Below are positions 13,092 to 23,596 of a stretch of DNA of 64,000 nucleotides, one piece after another (position 1 is the first letter of the stretch; every line of letters starts with the position of its first letter). The stretch covers positions 4,500,914 through 4,564,913 of the forward strand of contig NC_134034.1 of the NCBI RefSeq assembly GCF_964204645.1, written 5' to 3'. The stretch is from Tubulanus polymorphus (lineage: Eukaryota; Animalia; Nemertea). The translations under genes and the position numbers were made by a program. Under the pieces are notes generated by a model. The model saw only the letters and a list, made by a program, of their open reading frames with translations. It searched no databases and had not been told where the DNA came from.

Positions 13092-13553
13092 CAGGTCTTT
13101 AAGCTTTACATCAAATACTTCAATCATCAACATAAAATTAGAGTTTCTATGGTAACAATTTAGCTGTCTCCATGAGGCTTCCAAGGGTTTTCTGTCAATT
13201 TCTAATAAGCCTAATGTGCTTATTGTTTTTCAAATTCATACTTGATCTCGCACTAAGGGTTTATTGTTTATTGGCAATAAATGTAAAAGGGTTGCCACAG
13301 ATTGCAACATACTTATGAAATTTCCGCAGTTTCCTAAAGGTTGTTGGATTTGTGTGAATGATTTTTCTCACTGCTTGAAATGTGGATACAAACACTACAC
13401 AAAGGGTGTAAAAACATTACATTGGTACGCGTGTTGCTATTAAAAAGATTGAAGGAAACCAAAACAAATAGGCATATGCGTCATGTAAACTGTAGCTATT
13501 TAAGGTTGGGCTTAGGCTTAGATTTAGACAATATTGTCTGGTGTATTCGCGCC

Positions 13554-14009
13554 TACTCTCTGTCACACCTGCTCTCCGTGCGACGTTTCGATCCGTGATT
13601 CCGTTAAAAATTGGTTTGATTTACCTTTATTATGCATCAATATGTTCAGAAAAGAATTTGCATTCAGAAATAAACAAAAAATTTCCCTAAAGTTTTGTTT
13701 TTGTTTTCATTTATAAACGATAGTTTACTCAGCATACGCTCGCGTAATGCTGAAAAACTGCTCCGCGGACGCTCGGAAACGTTACAGTGACGTCATCACC
13801 TGCTCAGGTGGCACCACGTTATGGGCCGTGAAAGCCGTTTTTCATCATTACGCGAGCGTATGCTAGGTAAACAATCGCTGATCGATGAAAACACAAACAA
13901 CAAACAAATCCTTACTGAACAAATTGATGCATAATTTTCACAAATCCACCGATTATTAACGAAATTACGGATCAAAACGTCGCACGAAGAGCATGTGTGA
14001 CAGACAGTG
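13554..14009. mobile_element. Foldback MITE in CACTA-2 intron 1
   Basis: Outer arms TCTGTCACAC-CTGCTCTCCGTGCGACGTTTCGATCCG / CGGATCAAAACGTCGCACGAAGAGCA-TGTGTGACAGA. Inner arms AGCATACGCTCGCGTAATG / CATTACGCGAGCGTATGCT. Confidence 0.8.
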
Positions 14010-14038
14010 GTTACAATTCTTCTTTTTTTTTGTTACAG

Positions 14039-16732
14039 GAGCCCTATACTTGTCAAGTTTGCCATGAAAAGTTGTTATCTCTGAGGGAATATTGCAGTCA
14101 TTACAAAACGCATAGAAATGTTCCTAATTATCCCAACATACCATGTCCAAATTGTTCACAGCAGTCATGTTCTAATGACGCCCTTCGCATGCACTTTTCT
14201 CGCAATCACCTGTTTCATAAGAAAGCAGTTCGTTCTATTAGTAAAAAACCATTAAGCCATGGTGAATTCAAATGTTCGGTTGTCCATTGCGAAAAGCTAT
14301 TTTTGTCGCTAAATGACCTCATAAGTCATCTAAAAGTCCATATCACTAACGGTATAGAAATAACATGTCCCTTTACTAATTGCACTGCAAGTTACATTGT
14401 GAAATCATCATTTTCTAGTCATATATCTCGCCTCCATAAGGGACATTGGTCTGCCAGTCGTTTAAGACCTGAATTTCTTGTAACAGATTCTGATTCTACC
14501 ATAGACTCTGACTCAGCTGCATCTGTTGCAGACTGTATCGATTCTGCTTCGGGCTCTGACACTGAGGAACAGGAGTTAAATGAAAATAATCTATGTATGC
14601 AATTAGAAATAAATCTAGCGCTATTTTATCTAAAATTACAATCAAAATTGCTTGTACCATCTAGCACTATCCAAGTAATTGTTAATGAACTTTCAAATAT
14701 CAGTGATCTCCAAGAAAAATACATTAGTGCAGTAATGTTAGAAAAGATGAAACAACATGGCATTGATGAAGCTACAGCTCTGCAAGTAATTACTGTACTT
14801 GAGAGTCATACTGAATTTCATCAGATCATTGATAGTGTGAAAGGGCCTTTCAGATCAGAATATAGTAAAAAGAGATACTATGAAAAACAATTTCATTTTG
14901 TATCACCAAGAAAAGTAGTAATTGATGAAACTGATTGTCGGCATCACATGTATTATGTACCAATACAAGAATCACTGCGAAGCATGTTTCAAGATGCATC
15001 TTTTGTTCATCAGTATAATAATCCAGCCTTACCAAGTAGTCCACCTGGTGAACTTCGTGATATACATGACGGGTTGGTTTTTCGGAACAACCCATTTTTT
15101 GGCACCAACAGTGAAAGGGAGCTTGAAATCGTTTTGTATCAAGATGAGTTGGAATTGGTTAATCCACTCGGGAGCGCTAAGTCCAAACACAAGGTTCTGG
15201 CGTGTTACTTTACTCTCGGAAATATTTTTCCATGGAACAGATCAAAAATTGATCAAATTCAATTATGTTTTCTTTGTAAAAGTTCCACTGTTAAGCATGT
15301 TGGAATTCAGAAAGTGTTCCATCCATTAGTTACTGATCTTCGAAACATTGAAATGAACGGGATAATGGTGCAAAACTTCACCAATCCTATTAAAGGGTCA
15401 GTCTTATGTTGTCTTGGGGATAACTTGGGATCAAATGCTATCGGTGGTTTTAGTGAAAATTTCTCTGCTTCTGACTATTGGTGCAGGTACTGTCTGCACA
15501 CAAAAGCAGATCAAAAAATACAAAACATTTGGCCAAAAAGTATTCGTACAGTATCATCATACAAAGAATCTCTTGAGAAACTTGATTCTAGTGCATTTTC
15601 CAATGGAATCAAGGCAAATTCAGTTTTAAATGAGTTAGAACACTTCCACGTGTGTCAGCTAGGCCTTCCTCCATGCTTGGCTCATGATATTTTCGAGGGT
15701 ATATTAAGAAAAGACCTGGACCTCATTCTAAATCATTTCATCTCCCAAAAATGTTTCAAAGCACAAGACATAATAAGTATGCTATCTAAATTCAAATTCT
15801 TTTGTTTGGACTCTCTAGATAAACCATGTCTCAGTCTTCAAACTAAAAAGAAAAACTTAATTAAGATAAGTGGTAGTGCCATTCAAAACTGGAACCTTTT
15901 GCGTTTCCTTCCTTTGATATTATCAAACACAGATGCATTGTATGATAATGTTTGGCACATGCTCATTCTACTGAAAAGGATGGTAGAATACATCTGCGCC
16001 CCCTGTTTAAGTATGGAAATGATTTCAATTATGGAAGAACTAATTGAGGAGTACTTAACTATGCGGAAAACATATTTCCCAGATGTCAGTTTTATTCCAA
16101 AGCATCATTTCATCTCACACTACCCATACTTGAGGCTGTGTTTTGGACCATTAATTCGACTTTGGACGATGAGAATGGAGTCTAAGCATACATACTTCAA
16201 GCAAGTCACTCGTAGAACGCAAAATTTCAAAAATATATTACTTACTCTTGGTGAAAAACATCAATATATGCTTGCCTACTACTCTGCTGGCAACATGTTT
16301 CCGCCAATGCTAACATACTCTAGTGGCTTCATATTTATGGATATGGTTTACTCTGATGAGATAAAACATTGTGTCAGAAAAGTTATCCCCAAGGGTCAAG
16401 ATTGCATTGTTACCAAGGAGATCAATTTCAAAGGAATTACTTACAAAGTTGATTCTGATATGCATATGGTGATTTCTAATGATCAACATGGACTTAAATT
16501 TGGAAAAATTCTCCTCCTCCTCGTATCTAATGAGGAGACTTATGTTGTTGTCGAAAAGGAGGACTCGCTTTGTATGAGAATGCAAGGAGTACATGAAATA
16601 ATTACAAGTGGAGTCAAGTTGTGTTTGAAATTGTCCTCAGTGTATGATTTCTACCCACTACCATCCTATAGACTATTAACAAAGAAAGTTGTAGTATTGA
16701 AGCATGCTTTAACTAAAGGTAAGCCCAACTAA
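14039..16732 (+). CDS. CACTA-2 transposase main exon (animal EnSpm type, N-terminal C2H2 zinc fingers), uninterrupted
   Basis: 911-aa ORF with a polypyrimidine-CAG acceptor at 14038. Motifs LYQDELELVNPLGS, GDNLGSNAIGGFSENFS, PPCLAHDIFEG, PKHHFISHYP and WTMRMESKH. Confidence 0.9.
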   Translation, partial: EPYTCQVCHEKLLSLREYCSHYKTHRNVPNYPNIPCPNCSQQSCSNDALRMHFSRNHLFHKKAVRSISKKPLSHGEFKCSVVHCEKLFLSLNDLISHLKVHITNGIEITCPFTNCTASYIVKSSFSSHISRLHKGHWSASRLRPEFLVTDSDSTIDSDSAASVADCIDSASGSDTEEQELNENNLCMQLEINLALFYLKLQSKLLVPSSTIQVIVNELSNISDLQEKYISAVMLEKMKQHGIDEATALQVITVLESHTEFHQIIDSVKGPFRSEYSKKRYYEKQFHFVSPRKVVIDETDCRHHMYYVPIQESLRSMFQDASFVHQYNNPALPSSPPGELRDIHDGLVFRNNPFFGTNSERELEIVLYQDELELVNPLGSAKSKHKVLACYFTLGNIFPWNRSKIDQIQLCFLCKSSTVKHVGIQKVFHPLVTDLRNIEMNGIMVQNFTNPIKGSVLCCLGDNLGSNAIGGFSENFSASDYWCRYCLHTKADQKIQNIWPKSIRTVSSYKESLEKLDSSAFSNGIKANSVLNELEHFHVCQLGLPPCLAHDIFEGILRKDLDLILNHFISQKCFKAQDIISMLSKFKFFCLDSLDKPCLSLQTKKKNLIKISGSAIQNWNLLRFLPLILSNTDALYDNVWHMLILLKRMVEYICAPCLSMEMISIMEELIEEYLTMRKTYFPDVSFIPKHHFISHYPYLRLCFGPLIRLWTMRMESKHTYFKQVTRRTQNFKNILLTLGEKHQYMLAYYSAGNMFPPMLTYSSGFIFMDMVYSDEIKHCVRKVIPKGQDCIVTKEINFKGITYKVDSDMHMVISNDQHGLKFGKILLLLVSNEETYVVVEKEDSLCMRMQGVHEIITSGVKLCLKLSSVYDFYPLPSYRLLTKKVVVLKHALTKGKPN

Positions 16733-17624
16733 ATTAACTTAAGCTAAGGAACTAGGGCCCGGTTCCACAGTTGTGAGTTAGAGTAAACTAGAGTTAAAGT
16801 TAGTTTATTTTCAGTGTTTTAACTCGAGAGTCAAATTTAACTCAGGGTCCAGGTGCTCTTGCATCAGTAATCCTATTTTCCTTCATTTCAAAGTTTTCTA
16901 AAAGTTATTAAGGGACATTAATGCAATTTATGCCCATAATTTGCCTCAATGATAGTCACACTCACCTAGATCTCTAAAGAATCAGTAATTTATGTCTTTT
17001 TCAATTTAATTTCCATATTTCGTGACATGCTTTTGATGGTAGGGGTACAGTAAATAAAACGTTTTTGAATCAACTCTTTCCAACACCATTTTGAAGGCGA
17101 GGTTGTGTTATTTAGCTACGGACATAGTAACCAGTAATGAGGTTTGAGTTGAGGTTTATAGGGTTGGCAATTTATCAGAAAATGCATGCTTGAATTGTGA
17201 ATGAGTCAACAAGTCACATCAAGTCAAAGAATTCAATTCTATCAACAGGGGGTCAAACACTTAACTTTACATAATATATTTGAGTACCTGTGATTTGCTG
17301 AAATGATAAACTAGTAACCCCACGCACCCAAAAGCAATCCATGTGCTCTAACAACTGGAAGGAATTAATTAGCATATGTATAAACAAAAATATATATTTC
17401 AAAAATGATATTGTAAGCTGTCAATTCAAAACATTTTTTCCTCCCATTATCGGTTATACAAGAAACAAAACATGCGATATGTGCAAAAACTGCTTGCATT
17501 TAAAAATGAATAGACACTAGTAGAATAACCGACTATCATTGGCTCCTATTTTAGTTTCAGACTCGTGTGCATTTTATTCTCAGTGCACAACGTTTCTTAT
17601 GTTTGTTCATTTACTTTTTTTCAG

Positions 17625-20505
17625 CTACTTGAAGAATCAAACTCAGTTATAGATCTTTACAACTATTCGACGTATTCTTCAATTTCAGAGGTATGCATGG
17701 ATTCTTAAATTTTGTCTGCTCGGAAAAAATTGCAACTTTAGATGACTGCCTTGTTCACATTATGAGCCTAGAAAATGTCATAAATGTATCTGTGAAAATA
17801 TGAATTATGTATAAATCTTCCAGATAATAATTGATATTCAGTGCTCAGTGGAGGAATCTATTTAACCATTACCCATCTGTGGGCCTCAATTTGAGCTAGA
17901 CTCAGTCACAGCAATTTTTAAGTGTCATATATAACAGTGACTCTCCTTTTGGTACTTTACCCCTTTGTCTCTATATTTATGTATTATATTTCAAATTCAG
18001 AATGACTCATTATTGTCTAATGCTGACGTGAACAGATCCAGTTATAAAATCGTAAAGTTTAAAGACCGAAAGATCGGAGTGAAAGACGGATCGTGTTATG
18101 ATGATTTTGTTAGGAATGGTAAGTAACCGATTTTGCAAAAAGTTAATTTAGTAAATTCAAGTAAATTTTCCTTTTTGGCATTTATAAGAATTCTTCACTA
18201 TCATAGATTGATTTGCACATGTTTTTTTCTTGCGTGATCAGAATATAGCTTTTAGTTCAGGGAATCTTAAAATCCAGAGATTGTGTATAAGAATGTGATT
18301 CATGATGCAAAAATTCATAGGCCTAACCACTCAATTCTTAATTTTCAGTATCACTGAAACTGATGATAGATGCTGATAAATTTAAGTTAACATATGATGG
18401 TATTGATGTTGATGAGGACATTTGGGATGAAATACCTCACAGATCTGAAATCAATGTTATTTATGATACGAGTGGTAGGTATTATGCCCATTTTCTTGTT
18501 GTGTTGAGGTATACACATTCTGTCTGAGAGTGTAGGGATTCTGTATTTTGATGCTTATGTTTGATTTTTTTTCAGAATTCACATTTCTTTCACCAGTGCC
18601 AAGACAATCCAGTACACCTTGTTACCCATCTGATTGTGCTCAGCCGTTTTCCAGTGCACAAATCCCATCGTTAAATTCTTCATCTTCCGTTTCTACCATT
18701 CCAGTTACCGCCAGCTCTTCTCAGAGTTACTTGCCTTCTGTACCTTTATTCGAAAATCGATTTCAAATTCTTTTACAAAAATTCCCTATCACGTTAATTA
18801 AGAAGTTAGAAAGTGGCGCAAGATTAGATAGAGAAAACAAATCGTTAATGCTCAAAATAACTTATGAGGAACGTAAGGCAATTAACGATAAACCCGGAAC
18901 TACTGATTTTCGTAAGGTAGCAGACGTGTTGATCGATAAATACAGTCATGCATTTGAGTGTCGACTTGGGGATCAACTGATTAACGACGGAAAAGGGGCT
19001 ATAACTCGATTCGAATCATACAGGGACCAGGAAAGAAAATTTAACAAAAAACGTAAACCATGCTCTGTTGAAGATAACAGGAATTCCAAATTGGGTAAAA
19101 TCGACCTTGAATCACAAGTAAGTGATCACCCAAACCGGGAAATATTAGCTAAGATGTACATTGAGGGACACAAACAATCGGATGAGATTCTTCCTTTAGT
19201 AGAGGACTGCTTTTCGGTTATCCGAGATGAAGTATTACGTGAGAAAGATGTGAAAAAACATCTTGAAAGATGGCCACATGTTTTCAAAGAAATTGTGTAT
19301 TTCCTTAAGTTCTGCGAATATATCACTCATGTGGACTTTGACACAGTAAAAGTTCATCTGCAGCAGAGACTCGACCCTTTAGTGAATTATATGGAATCCA
19401 AATACAAGAAGAAACTAACATCAAAACCTGCAGATGATTGTTTCAAAGTATTGACAGACTATTTCAAAGAAGACGCTGGGAATGTTGAAATAAAACATAA
19501 CGACGAGCAGGAACCAGATATGGCAGCATACCCACCTGTGCCTCTCATCATCGTTTTTGGTAAGTGTCAGTGTAAAATTGAATAATTGTATCTGAATAGA
19601 CCATTCTTCGTTGTCTGTTTACTCTTCTTGTGATAATCTACATTCATTTTTAAGGGTTTTGTGAGGAGATAGAAATTGAATTCATTAGATTGGTCTGCTC
19701 TATATGCTAATAATCAATGTTTTCTCTCCTTAAAACTCTGCTAAGCAAAGCCAAAGATAATGCCCTTACTTAAAACGGTTTTTTCTACGGCTACTGTCAT
19801 TCCTTCTGAAACAAGTTTTTCGTTTTAACATGGTCTTTACCGTTTTAACGCCCCGTTAAAACCAGTTTTTTCAATTAAAACCTAATTTGAAAACTGGTCT
19901 TTACGATGCAGTTAAACGAACTACTGGTTTTAACGTAGTTAAAATGAAAAAAATGTCGGTGGAAATCGAATGTCATTTTTTCTTAAATTTTTTGAAGTGT
20001 CCCGAATCAGCCAGTGTTCTCCACATGCTGGAATTTCAAAGGTGCTGCATTCATTGTTAAGTGAAGTAGCAAGACTCGATCCCCCAAAAATAAAAACGCT
20101 AAAGCTTAATTTTGAATTAATATTGTTCAATCATCACATTAGCACAATGATAGAGGGGTGGATGTAAAATAAAAAATTGGCCACCCCTCTGAAACCAGTT
20201 TTGGAGAACACTGAGCACTTAAATCTGATTTCAGCGAATTCTACTTTTTAATCTTTTGTTTTTCAGCAAATGTCGATGCAACTCAATATGTTATAACAAT
20301 GGATGGAGTTGTTCTCTTCAAAGTCAGCGATCGGCTGTTGGCCTTAGAGTTGTTGTTTGCAACATATTTTGTGTTCTACAAAAGATATCCTAAAACTGCT
20401 GAAAATACGAGATTTCTGATCAAGTTTGACCCACCGGGCCGTGCAAAACCCAAAGCTGTTAAATTAGCCGACAATTTGGGAAAATTTCTTATTCAGCAAT
20501 ATTGA
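17625..20505 (+). CDS. CACTA-2 second gene (TnpA-equivalent, SAMD3-like C-terminus); exons 17625-17690, 18001-18118, 18349-18474, 18576-19559, 20267-20505
   Basis: All GT-AG junctions are phase-compatible (0,0,1,1,1) with no stops. The C-terminus PLIIVF...LALELLFATYFVFYKRYPK resembles the SAMD3-like partner proteins of animal EnSpm elements. Confidence 0.75.
20012..20213. mobile_element. Small MITE with hAT-like termini in a CACTA-2 intron
   Basis: 12-bp TIR CAGTGTTCTCCA / TGGAGAACACTG. No 8-bp TSD, only AGC on both sides. Confidence 0.5.
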
Positions 20506-21286
20506 TAAACAGTATTTGATTGTGTTAAATGATATTATTTACAATCCTGTATACGGTATTATGGCCATGTAATCACATGTTATAGTATATATTGCTTTGG
20601 TTCGTATACTAGATAGTAAATAATATTTAGTGCTGATTTTGAAGTTCCAAGACTTTCGAGGCAACCAATTGATGGATTATATGTTCTTAGTGTCATTCTA
20701 CTGACTACGTTATGTGTTAGGACTACTGGCTAAGAATTAAGCCTAGTTTGCATATCACATCATGACCTGTTAACTTGGCATTTAGGTGTTATGTTTTTAG
20801 TTTGGGAAGTGAGCCTAATTTGTATGAAATTTATTTTTTCATTCTGTAATAACTATGTGTTATGATGTTAAATCAGTGCTCTTTTTTAAAGTTTTACTTA
20901 ATTATTATTTTCTACAGCATTTTTTATGGTACAAGGCTATTCTTAGAGAGTATTGCTCTAAGTCCATGTAGTTAAGTTATACATGTACATGTAATTTTGT
21001 ACCAAGGGTTTTATCATTTAATCGTAAATGAGTTTTATTTTTGTAGAGAATAAAATGTTTTGTGAGATCACGCGGAGTCACGTGTTACTTATCAGTTGTC
21101 AGTTACTCCTTGCCTCAGCCCCTCCTGACAACGTGGCTAAGCATTCCCTCGGAGAAACACGAGTAGGATACTTCGTTATTTTCACTGACTTCAATTCAAT
21201 ATTTTCACTGACTGCGTTTTACTGAATTCATTTCGTTCACTTATATTTCAATCATTCAAGGTTAGTGCTTAAATTTGAAGTCGATT

Positions 21287-21851
21287 ATGCCGATTGACGT
21301 GCTTATTATGGGCCACTCCTTTGTGCATCGTCTCAGGACTTTCGAGCAGGAGCGCTTTTCCAATCTAGGCCTAGACCCAGACGTGGTAAAATTGCAATTT
21401 TTAGGTTTTGGAGGCGCTACAGTTTTACCGGGTGTAAAATCTATCCAACGGTGCCTGCCGAGTTTTGGTTCAAAATTTGACGTAGTATTCCTCCACTTAG
21501 GCGGAAACGACTTAGCCCGTTCAGACCCAAAAAGCTTGGCCTTTTCTTTGGTTGCATTGAGCGATTTTCTGTGCAGCACGCACAGCACGACACACTTATT
21601 AATTGGTCAGTCGCTCATGCGTCTGGCCCCCTCCGACAAATTTCAATACCAAGCTAATAGTATTCAACGAAACCGTGAAACGTTTAGTGTGTGAATCCTT
21701 AAATATAACTTTTTGGCAACACAGAGGTTTTTGGGCTGATATCCGGCCATTTCTTCTGAGAGATGGTGTACATTTAAATGCAAAAGGCATGAAAAAATAT
21801 GCTTTTAGTGTGAAGGCAGCTATTGGCCACGCCACAAAGAAATACTTCTAA
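21287..21851 (+). pseudogene. SGNH/GDSL hydrolase of the type carried by Ngaro/DIRS tyrosine-recombinase retrotransposons; one frameshift
   Basis: Blocks GHSFV, GFGGAT, LHLGGNDL and RDGVHLN across ORFs 21275-21694 and 21603-21851. Confidence 0.85.
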
Positions 21852-21974
21852 TAGCTTGGTTTGAAGCAAGATACATCGTCTATTTGTCATCAATAAGTTA
21901 TATGTGTTACAATTTGATCATGAATTTTACATATTCTTTTTACATACCTGACATGCATTTATGCAATTTTTAGT

Positions 21975-22445
21975 TACATGTGTTTTGGAGTTTTTACTTC
22001 AACGTACTCCCTGTTCTCAGGGGGTGGCATGTACTTTACCTATACATGTGTTTTGGGGTTTTTACTTCAACGTACCCCCTGCTCTCAGGGGGTGGCATGT
22101 ACTTTACCTATATATGTGTTTTGGGGTTTTTACCTCAACGTACCCCCTGTTTTCAGGGGGTTGCATGTACTTTACCTATACATGTGTTTTGGGGTTTTTT
22201 ACCTCAACGTACCCCCCTGTTTTCAGGAGGTGGCATGTAATTTACCTATACATGTGTTTTGGGGTTTTTACCTCAACGTACCCCCTGTTCTCAGGGGGTG
22301 GCATGTAATTTACCTATACATGTGTTTTGGGGTTTTTACCTCAACGTACCCCCTGTTCTCAGGAGGTGGCATGTAATTTATCTTTACATGTGTTTTGTGG
22401 CCCTCGCCGCAACCTACCCGTATTCTTTTCGGGGGTGGCATGTAT
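21975..22445 (+). repeat. Minisatellite, ~7 x 68 bp, each unit with a GC hairpin
   Basis: Units start at 21977, 22045, 22113, 22181, 22251, 22319 and 22387. Internal stem ACCCCCTG-TTCT-CAGGGGGT. Confidence 0.92.
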
Positions 22446-22654
22446 TCTAAAGATACATACTTTAAATAAATATATATATTCCATCTTTGTAACGTGTTTT
22501 TCTCTCAAAGGACGTTATGTTGCAAAAAACCCTTTGTTTAATAATTCATCGGAATCTTGCGGTTGTTTTTCATACTATTTCCATGATATACGCATTCTGC
22601 CAAGATGCTGTTCAATTTTCTGCTGGTTTTTTTTTCTATTTGCTAAATGTTTAG

Positions 22655-23596
22655 ATGCCGAGAGCCACGAGAGCTAAGCGTGCAGTCACCAGTAGACAAA
22701 AACGCCCTCGTTCGTCTGCGTTTACTGAAGCGGTTGCCACCCCCGTCAACGCCAGGGACCAACCAACTAACCAAACCAACAACCAACCAACAACCAAACA
22801 ACCAAACAACAACCAGAGGCGAATGCCGTCGCGGATATCGTCATTCAAAGACTCATCGATAGTCATCTGCTACCAACACGCGACGCCACACAGAACTGCT
22901 TCCCGACACCTGTATCCTTCCGATCCTCCCATTCCTGGTGAGCAACTTATCAGCGAGTTACTTACGTCCTCGCTTCCTTTGGACTTAGCAGTGTCGGAAA
23001 AAATAAAGTCCGATATTTGGGCAGATAGATATATTGATTTGTCGGCTCTTTTGATCGGTACTAAATCTGCCGAAGTTGACACACTTCGTGCTACCCTTTC
23101 TGAGAAAGGAGACTTAACATTGTGTAAACCTAGACTCAAACAGTTGTCATCCATTTACGAATGGAACAAAACATTCGATATCTTCATGTCTGTCTACGTG
23201 CAAAGACATTCCGATGTTCAGATTTTCCGTCAGCTGTTGAAATATGCTAGCACTATCCGTCAATTTGCTAATGATTTTGGTTTTCCCGCCGCAAAGAGCT
23301 ACGATGAGCAATTCCGCCGATTCAGAGCGGTTTCTTCATCTCTGGTGTGGTCAAAAGTTCACGATCAACTCTGGCTACGGTGTAGTACTATAAGATCGGT
23401 AGATCAAAAGAAGCCCTTTCTTGCGAAGCCCCACCGACAGACAAAGCGTTTTCCGGTCGGTTTCTGCTGGAAGTTCTGCCAGACTGGAACCTGCCAGTAT
23501 AAGCTCTGTAGAAGAAAGCATGAATGCCCCCATTGCGGTAAAAAACATACATTCGTATTGAGTGTACTTATTGTTAAATGTTGTCACATCATATGA
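22655..23596 (+). CDS. Ngaro/DIRS-like ORF1 (gag-like) protein with C-terminal Cys/His zinc finger
   Basis: Motifs IWADRYIDLSALL, EWNKTFDIFMSVY, YDEQFR..RA...W.KVHDQLWL and CWKF..TGTC.YK.C.RKHEC.HCGK.H, characteristic of Ngaro ORF1. Confidence 0.75.
   Translation: MPRATRAKRAVTSRQKRPRSSAFTEAVATPVNARDQPTNQTNNQPTTKQPNNNQRRMPSRISSFKDSSIVICYQHATPHRTASRHLYPSDPPIPGEQLISELLTSSLPLDLAVSEKIKSDIWADRYIDLSALLIGTKSAEVDTLRATLSEKGDLTLCKPRLKQLSSIYEWNKTFDIFMSVYVQRHSDVQIFRQLLKYASTIRQFANDFGFPAAKSYDEQFRRFRAVSSSLVWSKVHDQLWLRCSTIRSVDQKKPFLAKPHRQTKRFPVGFCWKFCQTGTCQYKLCRRKHECPHCGKKHTFVLSVLIVKCCHII

Noticed and set aside
21975-22445. CRISPR-like array of palindromic repeats
   Set aside because: Units are contiguous with no unique spacers, there are no cas genes, and the context is eukaryotic. 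The overlapping ORFs there are repeat artefacts.
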